The notes under the pieces: model-generated | Told to the model about the DNA's origin: nothing | The model's database searches: none | What the model saw: the letters and a program-made list of their open reading frames with translations, nothing else | Translations under genes and position numbers: made by a program | Part shown: positions 1 to 9,263 of the stretch, piece by piece | How the letters are laid out: every line of letters starts with the position of its first letter | How positions within the stretch are numbered: position 1 is the first letter of the stretch | Source: an uncultured archaeon | GTDB lineage: Archaea > Thermoplasmatota > Penumbrarchaeia > JASLWR01 | Reading direction: 5' to 3' | Length of the DNA: 38,064 nt | Assembly: GCA_964430885.1 (NCBI GenBank) | Contig: CAYSHM010000028.1 | Coordinates: 1 to 38,064 of the forward strand

Positions 1-130
1 CACCGTCTCCATCACTATCTGTTTGGCCTTCACCGTCTCCTCCTCCATCGGAGATTCCGGCGTTAACTACTGCACAGAAAGCTCCGAGGACCATGAAGAC
101 AGCCAGTAAGAATGCGATTCGTTTTTTCAT
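1..130 (-). CDS. 5' end of a secreted/surface protein (runs off the window)
   Basis: Not in the ORF track. ATG at 130 is preceded by AGGTGA. It translates MKKRIAFLLAVFMVLGAFCAVVNAGISDGGGDGEGQTDSDGDG: a signal peptide followed by a Gly/Asp-rich linker. Confidence 0.8.
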   Translation of the reverse strand, partial: MKKRIAFLLAVFMVLGAFCAVVNAGISDGGGDGEGQTDSDGDG

Positions 131-207
131 TTTTTCACCTTTTTGTTTTTATTATTTTTTTACTACTTCAATTTTGTAGTATTCTAAGTTAAGAATTATT
201 CTAACCC

Positions 208-215
208 TATATAAA
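208..215 (-). promoter_or_regulatory. TATA box for the gene starting at 130
   Basis: TTTATATA on the - strand, preceded by purine-rich CTAAAACA, about 80 nt upstream of the ATG. Confidence 0.55.
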
Positions 216-220
216 TGTTT

Positions 221-262
221 TAGAACAATGTTCGAACTATCCTAGGACAATTTTCGAACTAT
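221..262. repeat. Imperfect 20-bp direct repeat, 22-bp period
   Basis: tagaacaatgttcgaactat (221-240) and taggacaattttcgaactat (243-262) match at 18 of 20 positions. Confidence 0.75.
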
Positions 263-340
263 TTTCAAATCATATTCCATAAGCGGGAAAAATTTTCAAA
301 TTTTGATGATAGAATTATGGTAAAATTTCTGTAAAGGAAA

Positions 341-2602
341 TCATTTTTTAGAAAAGGAATCCATACCCGGCGCCGATGTATTTTCAACATTCTCATGTTT
401 TGGTGAATCACCTTCACCGTTTCTCCTTATAACATACATAATCCCGAATGATATCAGAAATAGAAATATAATCAGGATGATCACGATCAATGTCTGAAGT
501 TCGCTCCGGGTATTTTCAATCTCCTCATTATCCTGAGTGCTGTTCAGATAGTAACGAAGATCGTATATCTTTCCATCGTACAGGTCCCAGGTGGCATTCA
601 GGCTCTGAAAACCTTCTGAAGCAACATTTATCCCATAAAGACCCTGAGATAAATCATCTATCTTTGTCACCTCTGCCCCATTCACATCAATGATCCTTGT
701 CGAACCAGTATCCAAGCCCTTGATTTCTACTTGGAATATAATTTCTCGGTCAAGATCGCCACTTCCGTTTCCAGGAGATATTAAAAGGTTAACTATTGGC
801 CCCATGGGTTCCTGTTTTGTTTTAAAGGATATGTTGAAGATCTCATTGAATAATCCGTATCCATCAGTGTCTTTCAATCCTGTGGAAAAAATAATCCGAT
901 ATGTAGTACTGTACTGAAAATAGGCTGGTAGCGATATTGAAATTGTCAACTTATCCACTAGGGTTATTTCCATTTCTTTTTCATTTCCGTTTTGGTCCAC
1001 AAGGGTGATATTACCCAGTATGGTTTCTGTTGAAATCGGAACACTGAACTCAATGATGATCTGCGGATTGATGGACACATTTACTGCACCATTCAGAGGA
1101 TTGGTGTTCTTTAAAGGAATGTAACTGGTCTTGAAAGAGTAGGTGAAATTTCTCCAGACAACAGAATAACTATCCCAATATCTCAATCCCCGATGAATGC
1201 TTATGCTGTACCAGCTGAATTTTGCAAGAGGATTCAGCGGGGATATTCGTATCCGTATACCATTCTCTAGTATATCGAACTTCTTGGGAATGGATTCATT
1301 TGTGCTTCTGTCTATCAATAGTACATTCTTCTTTAGAGTTGATACGTTGATCCTCTTTTGAAAGGAAATGCTGAGATTTCCGTCATGAGGAAACTTGTAT
1401 TGGGATGTGAATATCGGCTGTATTTCAACAGGTACCTCATCCTCCTGAAGGGTGAAATTCAAATAATGGATCGAATTGGGTTCCAGATATACTGTCTTCT
1501 CATCCTCAGAATGATTTCCAATATTAACCATTATGGCAGTTGATGTACTAGCTAAAATAGTAATTTCATACATTCCTTCCCTGTCGCTTATTGTTGTGAT
1601 AATTCCCGAGGCACTGCTTAGGGCGTTTATTTCTGCACCCTCAAGAAGAAATCCAGTATGACTTTTTACACTTCCGGACAGCTGTCCGGTTATGGGTTTC
1701 AATTCTATGAATATCATATCATGGGGGATTTCGGTCAATTCAACGCTCTTGTGATAGTACTTGGGATGATCTACAAGCACAGTAAAGGGTGTTCTATTAA
1801 AAACCCCTGACCGGTTTATTACGGTATGCTGAACCATCCTTACATCCGTTTCTCCCTGGTCCCCGCTTGTTTCTGTGAATAACGATAAAGAATATTTGTC
1901 CTTCAATTCAACCGTTGCGAATTCAACCGCACCAAATTGGACAGAAAATAGTTCAAATGAGAAGCGATCCTCAAGGACTACTGTTCCATTTCCTATATTA
2001 TTGATTTGAATTTCGCCGTAACTCTCCCGGACCAACAATGAAGAGTTCAGGTTTGTGATAGAGGAATTTACAGATATATTGTTACCATAGAGATTTGAAG
2101 AGCCATTGAGGAATAGAAAATCAAACTGTTCGTGGAATTCACACCCTTCAAAATACGCATCACCGCTGATCATCAGGCTTCCGGGTTTCTCAGGTTCAAA
2201 TCTAATGAAGCATTCCATGAACTCCAAAACGGAACCCGTGCCAAGTTCCACGGAACATTCATCCTGATCATTCAATGCAAAGGTAATGTTGCAACTGGAG
2301 AACAGCAATTCTGATCCATTGGTCAAAAGGGTTGAACTGTTGAACCTTATATCCTCCTTGAAATAATCATTATCAGTGGAATTTATTATTGACGGTAGAT
2401 CCAGAATAGATGATTTTGTTCGGGGTATTCCATATCTCTCTGAAGAAACATTGATGTAACTATTTTTCACAGTGGCATGGATATTGAGATCGATGAAAAA
2501 ATTGCAAAAGGGAAGTGAAAACAGCAACAGAATACCAATAATTGAAATAGCTTTTAAGCCTAAATAGACCCAGGGATATTCTCTTTCATTTTTTACTTTC
2601 AT
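341..2602 (-). CDS. Membrane-anchored surface protein with carboxypeptidase-regulatory-like and two Big_5-type Ig-like domains
   Basis: N-terminal hydrophobic segment; GQLSGSVKS...GAEI...DREGMY; two Ig units (ISFQKRIN...PLAKFSWY...FKT and PLNGAVNV...IEFSVPI...YSTTY...FKT); C-terminal TM followed by RR; many NxS/T sequons. The ORF track opens at 2707, overlapping metK; ATG 2602 is the likelier start. Confidence 0.75.
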   Translation of the reverse strand: MKVKNEREYPWVYLGLKAISIIGILLLFSLPFCNFFIDLNIHATVKNSYINVSSERYGIPRTKSSILDLPSIINSTDNDYFKEDIRFNSSTLLTNGSELLFSSCNITFALNDQDECSVELGTGSVLEFMECFIRFEPEKPGSLMISGDAYFEGCEFHEQFDFLFLNGSSNLYGNNISVNSSITNLNSSLLVRESYGEIQINNIGNGTVVLEDRFSFELFSVQFGAVEFATVELKDKYSLSLFTETSGDQGETDVRMVQHTVINRSGVFNRTPFTVLVDHPKYYHKSVELTEIPHDMIFIELKPITGQLSGSVKSHTGFLLEGAEINALSSASGIITTISDREGMYEITILASTSTAIMVNIGNHSEDEKTVYLEPNSIHYLNFTLQEDEVPVEIQPIFTSQYKFPHDGNLSISFQKRINVSTLKKNVLLIDRSTNESIPKKFDILENGIRIRISPLNPLAKFSWYSISIHRGLRYWDSYSVVWRNFTYSFKTSYIPLKNTNPLNGAVNVSINPQIIIEFSVPISTETILGNITLVDQNGNEKEMEITLVDKLTISISLPAYFQYSTTYRIIFSTGLKDTDGYGLFNEIFNISFKTKQEPMGPIVNLLISPGNGSGDLDREIIFQVEIKGLDTGSTRIIDVNGAEVTKIDDLSQGLYGINVASEGFQSLNATWDLYDGKIYDLRYYLNSTQDNEEIENTRSELQTLIVIILIIFLFLISFGIMYVIRRNGEGDSPKHENVENTSAPGMDSFSKK

Positions 2603-2693
2603 CGAATTTAATATTGGTATTTCAAAGATATATTGTTTTCCCTTGGTATACCTCTGTGATATGCAGAATGGGATATGAATTTTTCCAAATAAA

Positions 2694-3881
2694 TTAGATG
2701 CCCGCACGGTCCTGAAGCTCTTCCACCATATCCAGTTTTTCCCAGGTAAAATCGTCTTCTTCTTCCCGGCCGAAATGACCGTATGCAGAGGTCTTCTGGT
2801 ATATGGGCCTTAAGAGATTCAATTTTTTGATCATTTGCTTGGGGGTCATTGGGAACAGATCCTTTGCGATCTTCTCTATCTTTGATACCTCTATCTTGTT
2901 GGACCCCATTGTATCAACATAAAATGAGACCGGTTTTGCCACACCTATAACATAACCCATCTGTATTTCGCATATCTCCGCCAAACCAGCACCGACAATG
3001 TTCTTGGCTATATATCGAGCCATATAGGAGGCAGTTCTGTCGACCTTTGAGGGATCCTTACCGGAAAAACAGCCTCCTCCGTGACGTCCCATACCACCGT
3101 ATGTATCAACGATGATCTTTCTTCCGGTCATTCCGCAGTCAGCAAGGGGTCCGCCTTCAACAAAGCGGCCAGTTTCGTTAATGAATATCTTGGTCTTCTT
3201 ATCCTTGAGCTCAGAAGGAATTACTTCTTCTATCACATGCTCCCTAATATCTTCTCTAAGCTTATCCTCGATATATCCGGATTTTTTATCAAAAGGAGCA
3301 TGCTGGGAAGCTATTATCACCGAGTCCACGCGATTGGGTTTGTTATCCCTGTATTCAACACACACCTGGCTCTTTCCGTCAGGTCGCAAATAGTCCAGTA
3401 TCTTCTTTTTACGTACTGTTGCAAGACGTTTGCATAATTTATGTGCAAAATGTATGGGCATTGGCATTAGGCAATCGGTCTCGGTATTCGCATAACCGAA
3501 CATAATACCCTGATCTCCCGCTCCCTGCTCCCAATGTCTTCCGGAACCCTCATTTACTCCTCGGGCAATATCTCCAGCCTGTTTATTGAAGGAATTAAGT
3601 ACAGCACAGGATTCGTAATCGAATCTCATACTGGGATCGTTGTATCCAATATCCTCAATGACCCCTCTGACAACATCGGGGTAATCAATGGATGTGGATG
3701 TGGTGATCTCTCCTGCCAGTAGTACCATTCCAGTGTTCACCAATGTTTCACAAGCGACCCTGCAGTCCTTGTCCTTGGATATGATGGCATCCAGAATGGA
3801 ATCCGATATTCTATCGGCCATTTTATCAGGGTGTCCTTCCGTTACGGATTCGGAACTGAATAGATACTTTTGCTTGTTCAT
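2694..3881 (-). CDS. metK: S-adenosylmethionine synthetase, bacterial/eukaryotic type
   Basis: Signature motifs SESVTEGHPDK, GAGDQG, LRPDGKSQV, GRKIIVDTYGG, GGGCFSGKDPSKVDR and YGHFGR. Confidence 0.97.
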   Translation of the reverse strand: MNKQKYLFSSESVTEGHPDKMADRISDSILDAIISKDKDCRVACETLVNTGMVLLAGEITTSTSIDYPDVVRGVIEDIGYNDPSMRFDYESCAVLNSFNKQAGDIARGVNEGSGRHWEQGAGDQGIMFGYANTETDCLMPMPIHFAHKLCKRLATVRKKKILDYLRPDGKSQVCVEYRDNKPNRVDSVIIASQHAPFDKKSGYIEDKLREDIREHVIEEVIPSELKDKKTKIFINETGRFVEGGPLADCGMTGRKIIVDTYGGMGRHGGGCFSGKDPSKVDRTASYMARYIAKNIVGAGLAEICEIQMGYVIGVAKPVSFYVDTMGSNKIEVSKIEKIAKDLFPMTPKQMIKKLNLLRPIYQKTSAYGHFGREEEDDFTWEKLDMVEELQDRAGI

Positions 3882-3969
3882 ATGAATACTTCCTAACTAA
3901 GACTTAAAATATTTTTCTTCAGCAGTTATGCTCACATCAGTAAGATTTTTCATAAACCAAAGCGAGCAA

Positions 3970-3998
3970 TATATGATCATATAGAATATCTATTCTAT
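3970..3998. promoter_or_regulatory. Two overlapping palindromes upstream of metK (candidate operator)
   Basis: Perfect 14-bp tatatgatcatata (3970-3983) and atagaata-tc-tattctat (3981-3998). Confidence 0.35.
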
Positions 3999-4001
3999 TA
4001 T

Positions 4002-5600
4002 TCAAAGGTATCTGGTGAAAACCGCTGGTATCGCATCTAAAAGATCGGAACCACATAGACCCATACCTTTGCTTTCCGACGCAGTCTCTCCAGCCTTTCC
4101 GTTTATGAATGCAGCTAGATTTGCAGCCCTCAGGGGAGAAAGCCCCCTAGCCATTAGTGCACCCACAATTCCAGCCAATACATCTCCGGTACCGCCAGTG
4201 GTCATAGAGGGATGTCCGGCCGAGTTCAGCTTTATCGTGGCCCCGTCGCTTATGATATCTGTGCTGCCTTTCAGCAATATTGTGGATCGTATCATTCCCG
4301 CCTTTCGTCTCACAGTGCTCATCATGGGTTCCAGATCGTTGGTTAATCTCGAACTTCCGAAAATGGAATTGAACTCTCCCTGGTGGGGTGTCAGGACCAC
4401 ATCCAAATATCTCAGAACATGGGTTTGGTTCTTGAGGGAAAGAAGTGCATCAGCATCGATGACCAAAGGCACTTTGATCCAATGGAGGAAATAGAACACC
4501 GCTTTGATTGTTTCAGGATTCCTTCCCAGGCCGGGCCCTATTACCACAGCGTCGCACTCCTTGGAGAATTCCCTGCATTGTTTTGCACCTTTCATGTCCA
4601 GATAGAACCCATTATTGGCTGAATCCGTATCCATTGAATGGGTTATGACATCAGGATAATATGAAGAAGCTGGAACAAATATTCCAGGAGGAACGAACAG
4701 GTGAACCAGGTCCGCCCCGCTCCTCAGGGCTGCCATGGATGCCAAGACCGGCGCACCCACATAAGGTCCTCCTCCTATCACCAATACCACTCCGTTCTGC
4801 CCTTTGTGTGAATCGGACGAATTTTCTCTGAAATAGACAAATTCTCCGGGACCCACGTATTCCAGGGCTTCAGGAGGTATCCCTATCTCTGTCTTGATTA
4901 TCTTTCCGCATTTGCTCTCGACCATTCCCTTTTTTACATCATGAAAGGTGATGGTCATGTTCGGTCTAACAAAAATCCTTGTACCCAAACCGCTGGGAAC
5001 ATCCAGTGAAACTATCTGTTTTTCCCTAGGGGATGATGAAGCATCTTCTTCAGTAATAGCTGAAGTTTTCGAACCGTCTCTCTTCCCTTCATCAGTTTTT
5101 TTTTCAGATGAAAGTTCCCTATCAATGGGCTTCAGCTCTATCTCTGAATCAGTAAATAGATGGTTCAATACCTTGATTATACCCTTTATTGGATCCCTGG
5201 GTTCAGAGCTGATGCCAATACCAAGCATAGCATCGATTATTATATCGGAATTCTTCAGCAATGAACCGAGATCATCTACAGAGGTCTTATCCAGGATATT
5301 GACGGATTTTGGGATCCTATCGTAATTGGCCTTATTGAGCTCCGAACATTCGTCCCTGTCATACAGCATATAGACCGTTACCTTTTTGGATTCAGCAATC
5401 AGAAACCTTGCCAGAACCAATCCGTCCCCTCCGTTGTTTCCTTTACCAACAAGGATGCATATGTTCTTGTCCTGTAGATCAAAATTTTTATTCAGAACTT
5501 CAAAAGCACCTTTTCCCGCATTTTCCATTAGTTCCGATTGGGGGGTTCCAAAATATTCGCTGTTCCTGTCCAACAAATGGACCTCTTGATATTCCAACAT
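4002..5600 (-). CDS. nnr: Bifunctional NAD(P)H-hydrate epimerase/dehydratase (NnrE-NnrD, YjeF)
   Basis: Epimerase motifs LMENAG, GKGNNGGDG, DAMLGIG, DVPSG. Dehydratase motifs HKGQNG, GPGLG, DADAL, TPHQGEF, GGTGDVLAG. RBS CAGGAGGA. Confidence 0.95.
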   Translation of the reverse strand: MLEYQEVHLLDRNSEYFGTPQSELMENAGKGAFEVLNKNFDLQDKNICILVGKGNNGGDGLVLARFLIAESKKVTVYMLYDRDECSELNKANYDRIPKSVNILDKTSVDDLGSLLKNSDIIIDAMLGIGISSEPRDPIKGIIKVLNHLFTDSEIELKPIDRELSSEKKTDEGKRDGSKTSAITEEDASSSPREKQIVSLDVPSGLGTRIFVRPNMTITFHDVKKGMVESKCGKIIKTEIGIPPEALEYVGPGEFVYFRENSSDSHKGQNGVVLVIGGGPYVGAPVLASMAALRSGADLVHLFVPPGIFVPASSYYPDVITHSMDTDSANNGFYLDMKGAKQCREFSKECDAVVIGPGLGRNPETIKAVFYFLHWIKVPLVIDADALLSLKNQTHVLRYLDVVLTPHQGEFNSIFGSSRLTNDLEPMMSTVRRKAGMIRSTILLKGSTDIISDGATIKLNSAGHPSMTTGGTGDVLAGIVGALMARGLSPLRAANLAAFINGKAGETASESKGMGLCGSDLLDAIPAVFTRYL

Positions 5601-5767
5601 TACAAATTCCTCCTGATACTGATCTAATCCGAAGAATGATCAAAAATGATTGAAAAATATTCCCAATTCCATATTGATTAATAATATTTAAAATGATTTA
5701 TCACAGATTAGCCTTCTAAATATTGGAATAAATGCTAAGAAACTTCGTTACCCGGCACTGTGATACA

Positions 5768-7141
5768 ATGATTATTGAGAAAGCTTTAAACCATGCACTG
5801 GCCAAAGGATGTACTTACTGCGATATCAGGAGAAACTCGGGAGAAGGTACCCTTGTTTCGATGAAATCGGGCGAGCTCGACAGAGCAGTAATGAGCAGTG
5901 ACGGATCCATAGGTATAAGGGTGCTTAAGGATGGAAAATGGGGTTTCTACACCTTCGAAGGCTATGAGGATCTGAAACTGGCGGTTGAAAGAACCATAAA
6001 ACTCGCAAATTTTTTAAAAGGTGAGAAAGGAAAGAAAATCCATCTTGCGGAGATTCCCATCATAGAAACAGATGAACATATGAGCGTCAAAGAGGATCCC
6101 AGGGATAGGGATGTGGAGGATAAGATAGAGATCTTGAGAGATCTTAATTCCCTGCTTGAGGAAAAGGATCACCTGAGCTCTATCGAGATAACCCTCAGCG
6201 ATTCAGTTGTAAAAAAGGAATACTATTCTTCGGAGGGCACATCCATTAAATACTATAAAAGCTCAGTTTTGGCCGGAGGAAACCTCACCGGAAAGAACGA
6301 AAAGGGTATGGCAGGGTACCGTTTCAGGAAGGGCAGCACAGGAGGATATGAATTCATTCCGGCGGAAGAGCTTATCTCTGTATCTATGGAAGGTGCTGAG
6401 AGTGTGAAGCGTCTTCTCAACGCATCGAGTATCAAATCAGGTAATTATACCGTAATAGCTGACCCTGATCTGGGTGGTGTTTTTGCACATGAGGCAGTAG
6501 GACATGCCACCGAAGCAGACCTGGTGATCACCGGGGAATCCCTCCTCAAGGACAGGATAGGGGAACAGATAGGCAGTCCGCTGGTAACCATCTTCGATGA
6601 TCCTACCCTGACAGGCGGTTTCGGCTGTTTTCCCTATGATGATGAGGGTGTCAGGACCCGAAGGAAAACACTTATCGAGAAAGGAGTTCTTATGGATTAC
6701 CTCACCGACAGGGAAACTGCATCTTCACTCAGTATGGAGCCAAATGGTTCTGCACGGGCGCAATCTTCATCATCCTCTCCACTTGTGAGGATGAGCAATA
6801 CCATGATAGGAAATGGAGACCATTCATTTCAAGAGCTTATTGAGGATATTAAGGACGGAGTTTATCTAATGGGCTCCCGAGGAGGACAGGTTGATACATT
6901 GAAAGGTATATTCCAGTTTAATGCTCAGGAAGGATTCAGGATAGAAAAGGGCGAATTAACGAAACCTTTGAAGGATGTCTCACTGGCCGGATCCACACTT
7001 ACCACCCTTCACAATATTGATGCGGTGGGAAATGATTTCAGGTTCGGCGGTCCTGGTTTCTGCGGTAAGGGCCAAACCGTTCCTGTATCCGACGGGGGAC
7101 CACATATCAGGATCAAAAAGGCAGTAGTAGGAGGAGTATGA
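5768..7141 (+). CDS. tldD: TldD metalloprotease, catalytic subunit
   Basis: HEAVGHATEAD (HExxxH), YDDEG, RMSNT and C-terminal CGK...PVSDGGP. The ORF track opens at 5732; ATG 5768 is preferred. Confidence 0.93.
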   Translation: MIIEKALNHALAKGCTYCDIRRNSGEGTLVSMKSGELDRAVMSSDGSIGIRVLKDGKWGFYTFEGYEDLKLAVERTIKLANFLKGEKGKKIHLAEIPIIETDEHMSVKEDPRDRDVEDKIEILRDLNSLLEEKDHLSSIEITLSDSVVKKEYYSSEGTSIKYYKSSVLAGGNLTGKNEKGMAGYRFRKGSTGGYEFIPAEELISVSMEGAESVKRLLNASSIKSGNYTVIADPDLGGVFAHEAVGHATEADLVITGESLLKDRIGEQIGSPLVTIFDDPTLTGGFGCFPYDDEGVRTRRKTLIEKGVLMDYLTDRETASSLSMEPNGSARAQSSSSSPLVRMSNTMIGNGDHSFQELIEDIKDGVYLMGSRGGQVDTLKGIFQFNAQEGFRIEKGELTKPLKDVSLAGSTLTTLHNIDAVGNDFRFGGPGFCGKGQTVPVSDGGPHIRIKKAVVGGV

Positions 7142-8655
7142 TACCCATGGATCCATATCATCGGCATAGAAAATTGAGGTTTGGGAGCATGAATCCACCT
7201 GAGCAGAAGGCTATGATGAACTTCGTGAAAATGGATAACTGTCAGAGAATATTCCCCGATGGTAAGGTTGGAAATGACTGTAAGAAATTTGGCCTTGGCG
7301 ATGCGGAGAATATAGTCAACAAGGCACAGCAAATGGGTGCTGACAGCAGTGAATGCTTCATTCAGTCGGGAAGTTCAACAGGCATCAGCATTGAAAAAGG
7401 TCAGATAAAAAAGATCTCATCAGGCTCCACCGCAGGTTTCGGCATCAGGATAATAAAGGATGGAAGATTGGGTTTTTCATATTCCACCAGTCTTGACAAG
7501 TGTGAACATGCCATACAAATGGCCTTGAAGATATCCCGTGTCGCACCTGTAAAAGATTGGGAATTCCCTCAATCAGGAACATATCCTGAAGTTGGCTCGA
7601 CCTACTGCGACGATATTGCTTTCATGACCGAAGGTTCAATTATTGACAGGATAAATCTTGCAATTGATGGAGCCAGGGATACTGATGAAGATGTAAAAGT
7701 AGCCGAGGGTGGGGGAGGATTTGGTGTATCCCATATGGGGATAGTTAATTCCAACGGCATATCATATGAGAAGAAAGATACCGGGATATCAATATTCCTT
7801 TCCTGCAGGTCCAAAGTGGATAATTTTGCTTCTGGCAGTGAATTCGGAGAATCCAGTTTTGATGATCTGGATCCATTTGGCATAGGAGCCGAAGCAGGTA
7901 GGAAAACCCTTGATTTGAAAGGTGCAAAACCCGCTCCGGAGCTGGGAAAAAGTGAGGTCATACTGCTGAACGAGGCGGCATGGGAGATCATGGAGAATGT
8001 TCTAGTGCCCGCTTTTTCAGGACCGGCCGTAAATGAGATGAGAAGTTATCTAAAGAGGTATCAGGGTGAAAGGATAATGTCAAAAGATATCTCTATTATC
8101 AATGATCCCTTTCTTAAAAATGGTTTCAATACAACTGGAGCAGATGACGAGGGAACTCCTTCAAGAATGGTCCCATTGGTTAGTAATGGCGAGGTTGCCA
8201 ATCTACTATACGATTCCTTTACAGCACAGAAATTCAAAGGAGAAACCACCTCATCAGGATTCCGTGCATCGGCATTTTCCGGAGGCCGTTCCTTCAGAAA
8301 TCCTCCAGCCGTAAATGCCAGCAATGTGGTTTTCAGATCGCGTTGTACCATGGAACTTGAGGATATGATCGATGAGGTCCAGAGAGGGATCATGGTCCAT
8401 GAGGTTCTCGGAGCCCATACTGCAAATAGAAATTCCGGTGATTATTCCATCAACTCCTCCAAGTTGTTCTATATTGAAAAGGGTGAGATAAAATATCCAA
8501 TCAGATCGGCAATGCTCAGCGGTAATATTCTGGATTTGTTGAAGAACATTGATTGTTCTGCAGAGGATGATAGAATAATGTCAGGCGGAATGTCCTCTGC
8601 CTGTTCCAAGATCCCTTCTATCAGGGTAAAGGAATTGACAGTTACATGCGAATAA
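7138..8655 (+). CDS. pmbA: TldE/PmbA non-catalytic partner
   Basis: GFGIRIIKDGRLGFSY, DDEGTP, GAHTANRNSGDYS, SAMLSGN; no HExxxH; ATGA overlap with tldD and RBS GGAGGAG. Confidence 0.9.
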   Translation: MIPMDPYHRHRKLRFGSMNPPEQKAMMNFVKMDNCQRIFPDGKVGNDCKKFGLGDAENIVNKAQQMGADSSECFIQSGSSTGISIEKGQIKKISSGSTAGFGIRIIKDGRLGFSYSTSLDKCEHAIQMALKISRVAPVKDWEFPQSGTYPEVGSTYCDDIAFMTEGSIIDRINLAIDGARDTDEDVKVAEGGGGFGVSHMGIVNSNGISYEKKDTGISIFLSCRSKVDNFASGSEFGESSFDDLDPFGIGAEAGRKTLDLKGAKPAPELGKSEVILLNEAAWEIMENVLVPAFSGPAVNEMRSYLKRYQGERIMSKDISIINDPFLKNGFNTTGADDEGTPSRMVPLVSNGEVANLLYDSFTAQKFKGETTSSGFRASAFSGGRSFRNPPAVNASNVVFRSRCTMELEDMIDEVQRGIMVHEVLGAHTANRNSGDYSINSSKLFYIEKGEIKYPIRSAMLSGNILDLLKNIDCSAEDDRIMSGGMSSACSKIPSIRVKELTVTCE

Positions 8656-8670
8656 AGATTATCGATTTGG

Positions 8671-9069
8671 TCATCTGAAATCGGCATCGGAATCAATTGG
8701 GTATTTCTTCTGATTCATTCGGACCTTATCAGCCACCATTTTGGTTATGTCCAGGTCCAACACATTTGCCAGGGCAATACAGTATATCAGAACATCAGCT
8801 AATTCCTCCCGAACACGAGGAATAAATTCCGGATATTCCATCAGTTTTTCCAAACGGTGATCCTTCCACTGCATTATCTCAAGCAGTTCGGAAGCTTCTA
8901 AGGATATGGAAATTGCCAGATCTTTAGGATTGTGGTAGGGCTCCCATTTCCTTTTCCTAATAAATTCCGCCACCACTTCTCGTAGAGTAGAAATGGTATT
9001 CTTCTCATCGTTCTCTCCCTTTATATGTTCAAAGATGTTTTCCTGAGAAAAGCCGATTCCTTCCTTCAT
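8671..9069 (-). CDS. MazG-like nucleotide pyrophosphohydrolase (DCTPP1-like)
   Basis: RKWEPYHNPKDLAISISLEASELLE, REELADVLIY and NQKKYP. The ORF track opens at 9186; the start is uncertain and ATG 9069 is plausible. Confidence 0.88.
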   Translation of the reverse strand: MKEGIGFSQENIFEHIKGENDEKNTISTLREVVAEFIRKRKWEPYHNPKDLAISISLEASELLEIMQWKDHRLEKLMEYPEFIPRVREELADVLIYCIALANVLDLDITKMVADKVRMNQKKYPIDSDADFR

Positions 9070-9263
9070 GAGATCCCAACCCAATAAAAAACGAGGAGTT
9101 AATGGAGGGATAAAAACAACAAATGACATATACCTTTCGAAATGTTTTTTTAAGATTGGTCCCATCTTATTGACCCTGTCAATCATTTATATAATATACT
9201 ATATCTAGAATATACCATAACATCAGAACTCAGCTGACGAATGCTGCTTGGGAGTGAATCAGA

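Noticed and set aside
223-233. GAAC-aat-GTTC as a LexA (Cheo) box
   Set aside because: The spacer is 3 nt rather than 4 and the context is archaeal. It is better explained as part of the direct repeat.
3882-4001. SAM riboswitch upstream of metK
   Set aside because: No SAM-I/II/III consensus or adequate stems are visible. An Infernal/Rfam scan would be decisive.
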